From: Malacoraja senta
Lineage: Eukaryota
Assembly: GCA_038087875.1 (NCBI GenBank)
Contig: CM075998.1
Coordinates: 3,350,001-3,414,000, forward strand
Length of the DNA stretch: 64,000 nt
Direction: 5' to 3'
Shown: in pieces, positions 1-11,850 of the stretch
Layout of the letters: each line of letters begins with the position of its first letter
Numbering within the stretch: position 1 is the stretch's first letter
Translations under genes and position numbers: made by a program
The notes under the pieces: model-generated
The model's database searches: none
The model's input: only the letters and a program-made list of their open reading frames with translations
What the model was told of the DNA's origin: nothing

Positions 1-189
1 TCAATTATTATTAACATTAAGAGCTTAAAAGGCTAATCACAACACATTTTAGAGCCCACAGGATCTAATTTCACTTCCTGCCTTTGACGCAAGCATTGCT
101 TTAAAGCACTTACCTGCAGAGCAAACAATTATGTGTCAACTTGGTAACGCCACCCTCAAAGGTACATAGCATGCCTCTTCAATCTAAAA

Positions 190-1330
190 CTCAGGTCACC
201 AATCATGCACACAGCAAGAAATAATGTACTTCCAGCAAATATACAAAAACTGTTTAGGGTGGGTATAATTTGAGAGGGGAACATCATTTCAAAAAACTCA
301 ATGTCACAACAACTCTTAAAAGTATGTGCATTGCAATCTGTGGGGTGAATTTGTGGAATGGTCTGGAACAGGAGATAAAACTTAGCACAAACAAAGTTCA
401 GTTTAAAAAGATGTACAAAAACACATTTTTTAAAGGATATTGGGATGAGGATAGGTGATTGTGTGGGATATTTGTTATACTGATTGTATTGGGAAGGGTG
501 ATTATTGGGTGATGGGTTGTATATATGACTAAGACATACTGTATAGTATATGAGGGTCTTTTCTTTTCTTTTTTCTTTTTTTCTCACTATTTTTTGTATG
601 GCTTTGTAAATATTTGATTAGTGTATCAATGTAAATAATTTGGTGTACATGTAGCTGCTGGTGTACATATGGTGTACATGTAGCTGCTGGTGTACATATG
701 GTGTACATGTAGGAAGGAATTCTGTCCCTGATTTATGTATTGGTCTTTATAACCTATTTTTTTAAAATTCTGATTATATGTTTTCTATAAATCTCTGTAT
801 GGTGTCCTTGAGACCTCGGTATAAGGCGCCCGTAAATAAAATCCATTATTATTATTATGTAGCTGCTGGTGTACATATGGTGTACATGTAGCTGCTGGTG
901 TACATATGGTGTACATAGAGCTGCTGGTGTACATATGGTGTACATGTAGCTGCTGGTGTACATATGGTGTACATGTAGCTGCTGGTGTACATATGGTGTA
1001 CATAGAGCTGCTGGTGTACATATGGTGTACATGTAGCTGCTGGTGTACATATGGTGTACATGTAGCTGCTGGTGTACATATGGTGTACATAGAGCTGCTA
1101 AATTTGTATAAGACAATTATAAGCAGTTGAATAAGGGGTGGGAATTAATAAGCTTTGGCTTCTACCTGCTCCTTTTCGGACTCATACGATTTCATTTATT
1201 TATAGATATTGTTTATGACACTTTATAAATATTCTTGTTTTGGGGTTTTTTGTTTCACACTTGCTTTTTATTCTTTTATTCTGTTTCGAAATAAAGAATC
1301 AAAATAAAATAAATAAAAATAAAATAAAAA
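190..1330 (+). mobile_element. 3' end of an L2/Crack-like LINE, interrupted by a minisatellite
   Basis: C-terminal ORF remnant (GVNLWNGL...FKKMYK), AT-rich UTR, AATAAA and A-rich tail at 1290-1330; family assignment tentative. Confidence 0.6.
641..1099. repeat. 29-bp minisatellite (TGGTGTACATGTAGCTGCTGGTGTACATA)n in two blocks, 641-711 and 857-1099
   Basis: Near-perfect tandem units; separated by an L2-like 3' tail ending (ATT)n. Confidence 0.95.
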
Positions 1331-1721
1331 ACATCGCCGACAATGGACATTTTGAAGGCAGAGATTGCAAGATTCTTGATCAGGACGGGTGTCAGGGGTT
1401 ACGGGGAGAAGGCAGGAGAATGGGGGTTAGGAGGGAGAGATAGTTCAGCCATGATTGAATGACGGAGTTGATCTGATGGGACGAATGGACAAAAATAACC
1501 TTTTCACACAGAGGGTGGTGGGTGTATGGAACGAGGTGCCAGAGGAGGTAGTTGGGGCAGGGACTATCACGACGTATAAAAAACATTTGGACAGGTACAT
1601 GGATAGGACGGGTTTGGAGGGATATGGACCAAACGCAGGCAGGTGGGACTAGTGTAGATGGGGCATGTTGGTCAGTGTGGGCAAGTTGGGCCGAAGGGCC
1701 TGTTCCCGTGATGTATGACTC

Positions 1722-1813
1722 AATAGACAATAGATAATAGGTGCGGGAGTAGGCCATTCGGCCCTTCGAGCCAGCACCGCCATTCAATGTGATCATGGCT
1801 GATCATCCCCAAT
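1722..1813 (-). mobile_element. 3' end of an older minus-strand CR1, split by the young CR1
   Basis: Continues at 4085-4420 (gatcatccccaat|aatcagtacccc). Confidence 0.85.
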
Positions 1814-4085
1814 GGCTCAGTAAAACTATAAAGGATAGTATTCGGCTGAAGGCAAGGGCATATAAGGTAGCTAGAGATAGTGGGAGGGTAGAGGATTGGG
1901 AAGCATTTAAAGGTCAGCAAAAAATAACTAAGAGATTAATTAAGACGGGGAAAATAGACTATGAAAGGAATTTAGCGAACAACATAAAAACTAATAGTAA
2001 GAGTTTTTATAGCTATATAAAAAGAAAAAGGGTGGCTAAGGTGAACGTTGGTCCATTGGAGGGTGAGACTGGAGAGTTGTTGGTGGGGAACATGGAAATG
2101 GCAAAGGCATTAAACGAGTATTTTGTATCAGTCTTCACCATAGAAGACACAAAAAATATTCCAACGCTGGATAAACAGGGGGCGGTAGGAATGGAGGAGC
2201 TAAATACTATTAAGATCACCAAGGAGGTGGTATTAGGGAAATTAATGAGACTGAAGGAGGATAAATCCCCTGGGCCTGATGGATTACATCCAAGGGTCTT
2301 GAGGGAGATAGCGGTGGGGATTGTGGATGCATTGGTGATAATTTTCCAAAACTCCCTGGAGGCAGGAACGGTCCCAGTGGATTGGAAAATGGCCAATGTA
2401 ACACCTATATTTAAAAAAGGAAGTAAACAGAAGGCGGGTAACTATAGACCGGTTAGTCTAACATCGGTGGTGGGTAAAATGTTAGAGACAATTATTAAAG
2501 AAACACTAACGGGGCACTTGGATAAACATGACTTCATCGGACAGAACCAGCATGGTTTTGTGAAGGGGAAGTCCTGTTTAACGAATCTGCTCGAATTCTT
2601 TGAGGAAGTAACAACCCGGGTGGATAAAGGGGAACCGGTGGATGTGGTATACTTGGACTTCCAAAAGGCTTTTGACAAGGTGCCACATAAGAGACTATTG
2701 CTAAAAATAAAAAATTATGGGATTGGGGGTAATATATTAGCATGGGTAGAGGATTGGCTAACAAATAGGAAACAGAGAGTGGGGATAAATGGTTCATACT
2801 CGGGATGGCAACCGGTAACTAGCGGGGTTCCGCAAGGGTCGGTGCTGGGACCCCAGTTGTTTACAATTTATATAAATGATTTGGAGGAGGGAACCAAGTG
2901 TAATATATCAAAATTTGCGGACGATACAAAAATGGGAGGAAAAGTAGGGGATGAGGAGGATAGGAAGAGTCTGCAAAAGGATATAGATAAGCTAGGTGAG
3001 TGGGCAACAACTTGGCAGATGAAATTTAATACTAATAAATGTGAAGTCATTCACTTTGGGAAAAAAAATGATAGGGCAAGTTATTTTCTAAATGAGGTGG
3101 AGCTGCGTTGTAATGCAACGCAAAGGGATCTAGGGTAGTAGTACATGAATCACTAAAAGTTAGTATGCAGGTGCAGCAAGCAATCAGGAAGGCCAATGGA
3201 GTTTTGGCCTTTATTGCTAGGGGGATTGAGTATAAAAACACGGAGGTCTTGCTGCAGCTGTACACAGTATTAGTGAGACCACATTTGGAATACTGTGTAC
3301 AGTTCTGGGGTCCATACTTAAGAAAGGATGTACTGGCCCTGGAGGCAGTGCAGCGAAGGTTTACAAGATTAATTCCTGCAATGAGGGGATTGACATATGA
3401 GGAAAGGTTAAGTAGGCTGGAACTCTACTCTTTGGAGTTTAGAAGAATGAGAGGCGATCTCATTGAAACATATAAGATCGTGAGGGGCCTTGATCGGGTG
3501 GATGCACCGAGGATGTTCCCAATGATCGGGGAAACTAGAACTAGGGGACATAGTTGTAGAATAAGAGGGGGCTCTTTTAAAACTGAGATGAGGAAGAACT
3601 TCTTCACCCAGAGGGTGGTTAATTTATGGAATTCACTGCCCCAGGGAGCAGTGGAAGCAGAAACATTAAATATATTTAAATCTAAAATAGATGGTTTTTT
3701 AGCTGCCAAGGGGATAAGGGGCTACGGGGAGAGGGCAGGGATATGGACCTAGGTATGGTTAGTATAGTAAGACCTGAGTGATCTCCTGGACAAGTGTCGA
3801 TCGCCTGGATTGGGGTCGGAGAGGAATTTCCCGGATTTTTTTCCCGAATTGGACCTGGGTTTTTATCCGTTTTTTTGCCTCCCCCAGGAGATCACGCGGT
3901 TCTTGGGGTGGAGAGGGGTGATAGCGATATAAAGGGGAGGGTAGTGTCTTGTGTTCTGTGTCTTGTGTCTACTGTTTGTGGGTAAGGGTGTCTGTTTAGT
4001 GTTCAGCCATGAGCGAATGGCGGTGCGGGCTCGATGGGCCTGGTGGTCTACTCTCGCACCTACTTTCTATGTTTCTATGTTTCTA
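1811..4085 (+). mobile_element. Young 5'-truncated CR1-type LINE (ORF2 reverse transcriptase, one frameshift near 3135), 3' UTR and (TTTCTATG)n tail
   Basis: ORFs 1789..3138 and 3165..3752 with KSPGPDG, YRPVSLTS, DFQKAFDKV, GVPQGSVLGP, FADD and TRGH motifs. Confidence 0.96.
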
Positions 4086-4420
4086 ATCAGTACCCCGTTC
4101 CTGCCTTCTCCCCATATCCCCTGACTCCGCTATTTTTAAGAGCCCTCTCTAGCTCTCTCTTGAAAGCATCCAGAGAACCCGCCTCCACCGCCCTCTGAGG
4201 CAGAGAATTCCACAGACTCACCACTCTCTGTGGGAAAAAGTGTTTCCTCGTCTCCGTTCTAAATGGCTTACCCCTTATTCTTAAACTGTGTGTGGCCCCT
4301 GGTTCTGGACTCCCCCAACATCGGGAACATGTTTCCTGCCTCTAGCGTGTCCAAACCCTTAACAATCTTATATGTTTCAATGAGCTGCCCTCTCATCCTT
4401 CTAAACTCCAGAGTGTACAG
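4085..4420 (-). mobile_element. Continuation of the split minus-strand CR1 fragment
   Basis: Reverse complement of the CR1 ORF2 C-terminus (TRGH...WNSL). Confidence 0.85.
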
Positions 4421-4627
4421 AGACTCTATGACTATATAAGTTGTTGATGGTGAGGGCAGGTTTTGCCAGGCAGAAGAGCATGTTAAGAGGGAAATGGGTT
4501 GGGTCTCTGTTCAGTTGTCCACATGAACTGATAGCCTCCATGGGTAAATGGGGCCAACAGACACCATCTGGGCAAGGCACCTAGAGGGGCTGAATGGCCT
4601 GAAATGGTCCTGTTTCATTGCAATCAG

Positions 4628-4810
4628 CCTACCTGGTTCGCTTAGCTCCCACGGCCCCATTTATATAGTGTAGCGCCCCTACTGGCGCACGCAGGTATCG
4701 AACCCGGCGTTCGGAAGCCGCGGACACATGACTCGGGAGGGGCTGCTGGTTTTCGCGCGGTTTTGTTTTCGCGCGCCAGTTCTGCGCTGACCATTCGATG
4801 TGGCCAGACA
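4628..4810 (-). promoter_or_regulatory. CpG-rich putative promoter/first exon of a minus-strand gene leaving the window, with two E2F sites
   Basis: TTTTCGCGC at 4750-4758 and 4766-4774; minus-strand donor CAG|gtagg at 4633/4632; not similar to any repeat seen elsewhere in the window. Confidence 0.55.
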
Positions 4811-4897
4811 TGTCGAGAGAACATGTTTACTGGAAAGTGGATTTTCGAATAAAAGTTTGTTTAAAACTTCAGTCGTCGTTTTAGAGACCGCCAACAT

Positions 4898-5212
4898 AGC
4901 ACGTTTAAATCAACTCGCGTTGAAACCAAAGTGTTTTACATGAAGGAAATAATTACGTATCCGTACATCCATAGAAAAATTAAAAGAAAGAAAAATGACA
5001 CAACGCATTATAGAATTCAACATGAACGTCCCCCCACAACAGAATGAAACATTTTCCACTGTGGGGAAAGGCATCAATCCTCTTCCTCTGTGTTCACCCG
5101 AGGTTGGGGCCTAGTTGTGGCCTCTGCAGCCAGTCCGGTGTTTTCAGGCCCTCTTGCCGGGAAGATGAAACTCCGGCGTCGGGTGAACACTCCTCTGGAA
5201 ATGTCTGGAGCC
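4898..5212 (-). mobile_element. 5'-truncated copy of the GC-rich L2-tailed element
   Basis: Near-identical to 22238-22570. Confidence 0.8.
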
Positions 5213-6622
5213 AAAGCCCCAAAGAGAGAGAATAATGCCCTCTGCTTGCGGGCACGCGCCTGTTTGGCACCTGGTAGCTGCAGGTTCAACCGGAACTGGC
5301 ATTGTGCCCACCCGGTCTGGAGTTCGATTCGAATAGTTGGTCAAACTGGGCAGAAAGTGATCTGAGAATCCAAGACAACATACTCCAGGCCACCCATTTT
5401 CCATCTCATCAGCGGTCTTGCCTGTAGAGTGTCCCATTAAAGGCTGGGACTGTTGCCATCTTTACCCTGGGCGACTGGAGGAGAGAAATATTAACTTGGA
5501 CTCAGATTCCTTGGCACACGTTTAATGTTCTGGCCTATCTTGGGTTTCCCTCAGATGAAATAACACAGCTGAGGCAGTCAGCTCTCATAATCACATTTTT
5601 TAAGAGTGCTACCATATTAAGCTGGACTCCGGCAGACATGATTCAAAACACAGCACACTAAGGTGGAAAGTTCAGAGGCGTTACATAACTAAACATCATA
5701 ACTAAACAACATCAAGGATGGATGCGTCCTTCTTCAAAGTCATGGCCAGGGAAGATTACATCTCCACGGTGGATAAAGTGATGTGCACTCACATCCAGCA
5801 GTGATTAAACGTTAAGCTTTGTGAGTGATCAGTCGGTTTAATTCGCATCAGTCTCACTTCTGAGCCAGGCCGCAATGTTACAACATTTTGAGATTTTAAA
5901 AATCAAGTCTGCAATTTATCCCATCAGATAAAGCATAAAAAGAAGTTGAATTTGACACCTAATTCACTTTCATATCTTCAGTATTAAAAAAAGTTATGGC
6001 CATTTTCATACTCGGAAATTAGCATCTTGTTCCCTATTGCTTTTCCATTGACTTAACACAAAAGCTGTGATCGAGGACAGTCAAAAGCCCATAACTTTCT
6101 TAAAAATTGAGAGAACTGAATGAAATTTTCAGTTATTATAGATTGAAGCATTCTGAAACAAATGTGAAACATCTTTCTTGGATGACCTGAAATTAACGCA
6201 TATAATTAGTTAATTACCTAATTGTAGTTAATTACAAAATTGACCGTTGTGACGGAAATAGTCATAAGCACCCAGACTGCCTTGAAAATTCAAAAATGTG
6301 ATATTCTCAAGATCAGAACTTTAATATTATTGTATTATATGCTGTAAGTCCGTAACAGATAGGTAAATAAATTACAATTTCTAGCAATAGACCAAGTCTT
6401 TATGGAGAAGATCAGTTGCTTAGCTGTACATTGGCATATCATAATCAGTAGCATCATCATACTCCTCAGATTGTAACCAATAAGCAACTCTGTACACCTT
6501 GTTTGTCCTCAACTTTTCAATTTTGGCATTGTAAACTACAAGTTTTTGGTCTTCAAACCACGCCTGACATGCTTTCTGCCCACTACTTTCCCATTAACAA
6601 TGTCCCGTATATTCCATTTCTT

Positions 6623-6822
6623 NNNNNNNNNNNNNNNNNNNNNNNNNNNNNNNNNNNNNNNNNNNNNNNNNNNNNNNNNNNNNNNNNNNNNNNNNNNNNN
6701 NNNNNNNNNNNNNNNNNNNNNNNNNNNNNNNNNNNNNNNNNNNNNNNNNNNNNNNNNNNNNNNNNNNNNNNNNNNNNNNNNNNNNNNNNNNNNNNNNNNN
6801 NNNNNNNNNNNNNNNNNNNNNN
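6623..6822. other. Assembly gap (200 N)
   Basis: Run of N. Confidence 1.
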
Positions 6823-6984
6823 CAAATCACTGAATTAATTGAATTCAGTTTCAGCAGTCATTTGTTTTTTTTTTTAGTAAAAATACTAAAATCGCTGCTT
6901 AAACCTAATTCAATTAATTCATTCATTTTGTCTCTGGACCTTTTGGCAATCCATGGTCCGAATAGTCTAATGGAGAGATAGGTA

Positions 6985-7648
6985 AAATAAAACAATTCCT
7001 CCAGTTTGATGACCTGGAAAAGATCATCCACACATTTATCTCCTCCCGCCTAGATTACTGCAACTCCCTTTACACTGGCATCAGCCAATCTTCCCTGTCC
7101 CGCCCTGCAACTGGTCCAAAACGCCGCAGCGAGACTCCTGACGGGCACCCGAAAAAATGGACCACATCACCCCGACCCTGGCCTCTCTCCACTGGCTCCC
7201 TGTGCGGTTCCGTATAACTTCAAGATCCTCCTCCATGTCTACAAAGCCCTCAATGGGCTTGCCCCGCCTACATAAAAAGTCTGTCTCACCCACCACTCCA
7301 CCTCCAGGCCCCTCAGATCGGCCGAGCTTGGGTTGCTGAATATCCACGGTCTAGGCATAAGCTCAGGGCGGACCGCCGCCTTTGCGGTGCAGCCCCTAGA
7401 CTGTGGAACAGCATCCCTCTTCCCATCAGAAACTGCCCCCTCCATCAACTCTTTTAAGTCAAGACTAAAACGTATCTATACTCCCCAAGCCTTTCCTGAC
7501 GTCCTCTGAGTGAGGGCTACATGTATATATGTATGTAGTTTGTTTGTTTATGCTATTCTTATAACAAATGTAAAGCACTTTGGCCAACGAGAGTTGTTTT
7601 TAAATGTGCTAATATAAATAAATGTGGCTTGAGTTGACTTGACTTGAG
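6985..7648 (+). mobile_element. L2 LINE 3' fragment
   Basis: SRLDYCNSL, LQLVQNAAARLLT and DHITPTLASLHWLPV motifs (frameshifted); tail tgtaaagcactttgg...aataaat...(ttgac)n. Confidence 0.9.
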
Positions 7649-8019
7649 AGTCTCGACCTGACTGTTCTGCTGCTGCTTGACTTGCTGAGATCCTCCAGCA
7701 CTTTGTGTTTTGCTAAAGAGCCTAGCACCTGCAGTTCCTTGCGTCTCTGCGGTCATCTTGAGATTGAATCCCCTGCAGTGGAAATCATCTTCTTCCATTT
7801 GTTCCTCCAAAACTTTATTATTGTGAACATTGTTGTTAAAATTGAATATTAAGATCATAAGGTCATAAGTCTACTCCGCCATTCAATCATGGCGGATCTA
7901 TCTCTCCCTCCTAACCCCATTCTCCTGCCTTCGCCCCATAACCCCTGACACCTGTCCCTGAATATTGTGAACATTCCCTTTCTCAGACGAGATTTAAGGA
8001 GCAGATGATTTTCTCGTTC

Positions 8020-8255
8020 TCGCCGAGCAAACAGCTAACAATGGCCTGTTTTCCTTTATCATCGTTACTTTTCTGCATATCGTTCATTCATTGTTCTTTA
8101 TCTCTCTCTTCATCACCGTCTATATCTCTCGTTTCCCTTTTCCCCTGACTCTCAGTCTGAAGAAGGGTCTCGACCCGAAACGTCTGCCCACTCCTTCTCT
8201 CTAGAGATGCTGCCCGTCCGCTGAGTTACTCCAGCACTTTGTGTCCATCTTTGAT
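8020..8255 (+). mobile_element. Penelope-derived short element with hammerhead-like core at 8157-8184
   Basis: CTGAAGA-AGGGTCTCGACCC-GAAA-CGTC; other copies at about 8678(+), 8820(-), 13217(-), 18237(-), 42910(-), 44852(-), 46660(-), 52890(-), 54137(-). Confidence 0.7.
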
Positions 8256-9647
8256 TTTATAGTGTTCAGCAAGTATCTTGGTGTTCAGTTTGAAGCAGAG
8301 AATCAAATGCAGGAGTCTGCCGCCCCCCTGCTGGCCCAGCTGAGTGCCCAGGGGAACGTTTCCCCATACCTGGCTCTGTGTGCTGTAAGCCTCTAAATCA
8401 GAGCAGATCTGTGCAGTCTCCAGCCAGCTCACAACAACAGAAGCTTTCATTGATACAGCATTGTTAAATGCGTATGCAGAGCGATAGGTTGCATAAGTAC
8501 AACCACCACCGATTATCCGGCAACTGGTGGTCCGATCTGCCACCTCCTTTAATCCAAAGATACTAGAGATATAATCTTTGCTTTAATCCAGACAAAATTA
8601 CAAGAGAGCACTTGAAATCCTTCCCTGGGAAGTTTTGTCCTGGTCTTCCTGCCCCCCCCCCCCCCCCCACAATCAGTCTGAAGAAGGGACTCAACCCGAA
8701 ACATCACTTATCTGTTTTCTCCAGAGATGCTGCCTGACCTGCTGAGTTACTCAAGCACTTTGGGTCTATCTTTAATGAGACTTTATCTTGCACTAAACAT
8801 TATTCCCTTTATCCTTGGTGGACAAAAAATGCTGGAGAAACTCAGCGGGACAGGCAGCATCTATGGAGCGAAGGAAATAGGCCGACGTTTCGGGTCGAGA
8901 CCCTTCCTTATCTGTACACTGGACACTGTATCCTTTATCTGAACACTGTGGACGGCTTGATTGTAATCATGCAGAGTTTTTTCTTTGACTGGATAGCACT
9001 CATTGCTGAGGTGACCCGTTGTCTTGTCAACACATTTCATTGTACCGTTGACCCTGTGTTAACCTACATATGACAATAAAACGGAACTGAACTGAACAAA
9101 AGCTCCCATTCCTTCTCTCCGCTGATGCTGCCTGTCCTGCTGAGTTACTCCAGCTTTTTATGTCCACCTTCGAGCAGAACATGATTGGCTGCAGTCTGCC
9201 ATTTGGGACGTCCTGTGGAGGAAACACCGCAGAGAAATGCAACCATTTCCTTTCTTTCCTTTCCTTCTGCGCTGCTGAAGCCGCAGACACAGACTCATGA
9301 CACGACGTGCGATTACATAAGAGGCACACGCTGCGAGATCTTCAAATGTTCTGACGCCGCACTTGATACGAGCCACCTGATGATCAAAGTTGGGACGGTA
9401 ATGGTATCCTGAACGGCAAAAACTAAATTGACCACAATGCAGCAGCAGCAGCAGCTGCACTTTTCCGTCAGAGGGAACGATGAGAGGTCATGGCGGGTCC
9501 TTTCTTCACGAGAGGGAGGGGGGTGGCGGGAAGGGACTGCTGAGTTTCCCATTTTACAAGCCTTCATTGCCCTTGCAAGCCGCAGAGGTTATGAAACAGG
9601 CAAGAGTGCCAGGTATAGTGATAGTTCAGTTTTAGTTTAGTTAGGAA

Positions 9648-9905
9648 GGGCCACGGTGGCGCAGCGGTAGATTTGCTGCTTTTTGATCCGGACTGTACGC
9701 GTGGGTTTTCTCCGGGCGCTCCGGTTTCCTCCCACACTCCAAAGACGTACAGGTTTGTAGGTTAATTGGCTGTGGTTGTAATCGTGGTAAAATTGTCCTT
9801 AGTGTGTGTAGGATAGTGTTAGTGTGCGGGGATCGCTGGTCGGCACGGACTCGGTGGGCCGAAGGGCCTGTTTCCGCACTGTATCTGTAAACTAAACTAA
9901 ACTAA
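9648..9905 (+). mobile_element. HE1-like tRNA-derived V-SINE (internally deleted)
   Basis: A-box TGGCGCAGCGG, V-domain (ctccggtttcctcccacactccaaag), CR1-like tail and (taaac)n. Confidence 0.85.
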
Positions 9906-10555
9906 TCAATGCTGGCATTTATTTCAAGAGGCTTGTTTAGAAAAACAGGGATGTAACGCTGAGGCTCTATAAGGCGCTGGTTAGGCCACATTTGGTACTA
10001 TTGTGGCAATTTGGGCACCATATCCGAAGAAGGATGTGCCGGCTCTGGAGAGGGTCCAGAGGAGGTTTATGAGAAAATGATCCCAGGAATGAGTGGGTTA
10101 ACATATGATGAGCGTTTGACGGCACTGGGCCTGTACTCGCTGGAGTTTAGAAGAATGATGGCGGGGGACCTCATTGAAACATACAAAATAGTGAAAGGCC
10201 TGGATAGAGTGGATGTGGGGAGGATGTTTCCACTAGTGGGAGAGTCTAGAACCAGAGGTCACAGCCTCAGAATTAAAGGACGTTCTTTTAGGAAGAAGAT
10301 GAGGAGAAATTTCTTCAGTCAGAGTGTGGTGAATCTGTGGAATTCATTGCCACAGATGGCTGTGGAGGCCAAGTCAGTGGATATTTTTAAGGCAGAGATA
10401 GATAGATTCTTGATTAGTACGGGTGTCAGAGGTTATGGGGAGAAGGCAGAATGGGGTTAGGAGGGAGAGATAGATCAGCCATGATTGAATGGCCAAGTAG
10501 GCTTGATGGGCCGAATGGCCTAATTCTACTCCTATCACTTATGAGCTTATGACCT
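9906..10555 (+). mobile_element. CR1 LINE 3' fragment
   Basis: ORF 10011..10460 is a CR1 ORF2 C-terminus. Confidence 0.9.
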
Positions 10556-10556
10556 T

Positions 10557-10838
10557 CAGAGATACGGGGTTGAAACAGGCCCTTCAGCCCACTGGCTTCG
10601 CGCCGACCAGCGATCCCCGTACACTCGTTCTATCTTACACAGTAGGAACAATTTACAGAAGCCCATTAACCTACAGACCTGCACGTGTTGGGGATTTGGG
10701 AGGAAACCGGAGCTCCCGGAGAAAACCCACGCGGGTCACGGGAAGAACGTACAAACTCCGTACAGACAGCACCCGTAGTCAGGATGGATCCCGGGTCTCC
10801 GGCGCTGTGAGGCAGTAACTCTACCACTGTGCCACCTT
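10557..10838 (-). mobile_element. HE1-like V-SINE
   Basis: Reverse complement of the same family. Confidence 0.85.
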
Positions 10839-10933
10839 GCTGCGCTGTGAACACTACCAAATACAATGCAAATGAATGTATATATAGCCTTTGGGAAAGT
10901 CAGAAGCATTTTTGCAAAGTTTTGTACATGTTT

Positions 10934-11175
10934 TTTAGTTTAGTCTAGTTTAGTTTTAGAGATACAGCGCGGAAACAGGCCTTTTCGGCCCACTGATTCT
11001 GCACTGACCAGCGATCCCCGCACTAGTCCCACACACTAGGAACAATTTACATTTATACCAAGCCAATTAACTTACAAACCTGTACGTCTTTGGAGTGTGG
11101 GAGGAAACCGGAGCTCCCGGGGAAAACCCACGCAGGTCACGGGGAGGTAGCAACTCTACCGCTGCACCACCGTGC
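10934..11175 (-). mobile_element. HE1-like V-SINE (internally deleted)
   Basis: Same family. Confidence 0.8.
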
Positions 11176-11744
11176 CTCCCAAAGTTGTGTAGTGGTCAAG
11201 AGCTGAATGGTTGCCTGAAAGAAGCTACAGTATTCCCGAACCTGGTTTTCATGGTTTTCATACTCCTGCACCTTCTTCCCGATTGCAGGAGTGAAATGGG
11301 AGCGTGGCCAGGGCGGTGTGGTTCTCTGATGATATTGACTGCCTTTTTGAGGCTGTTATCCAGTTTTTCGAGATACGCCGTGGAAACGGGCTAGCAGCGT
11401 TAAATGAATTCATTTTATGAATCGGGCTAGCAGCGTTAAAACGCAATTTTAGTGTTATGTTGATGCATCAGATTTTTAATATTGCAATTATGCAGCCGAA
11501 ATGTTACAGCATTGCAGCGAAACTGATCCGGTGGCATGTGCGCTGTTGAATGTTAGTTGCACTGCATTTTACAAGGTGCATTCTATAACGTCCGATTGCT
11601 GTCCAGACCATTTGACGCCTGGAGATTTAGGAAGATCAACCGCTTCCCGTCACACACGAAGGATGTGGTGCGGTATTTCCGCTCCGCAAGTGACATCTCA
11701 CCTTGTGATTGACAAAGGCGCCCGCCTTGGCGCGGGTCAGAAAT

Positions 11745-11850
11745 ATGGGCAGCATCCTGGTTAAATGCGCGGTGGCAGACATGGCCATTCAGTGGGCACT
11801 CTGGGCGGTGTCGAGTATTCTCCAAACCGAAAAGTTTTTTGACTTGGCAG
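11745..11850 (+). CDS. DUF1295 gene exon 1 (MGSILVKCAVADMAIQWALWAVSSILQTEKFFDLA)
   Basis: ATG in AATATGG context within a CpG-rich patch; donor G|gttggt. Confidence 0.9.

Noticed and set aside
754..1130. Repetitive 74-120 aa ORFs (MYTICTPAA...)
   Set aside because: They are translations of the 29-bp minisatellite, with no gene context
4672..4686. CTCF-like motifs here and at 8321-8334
   Set aside because: The G run is one base short here and one base long at 8321-8334 relative to the core
6503..6838. ORFs containing X runs
   Set aside because: Artefacts of the N gap
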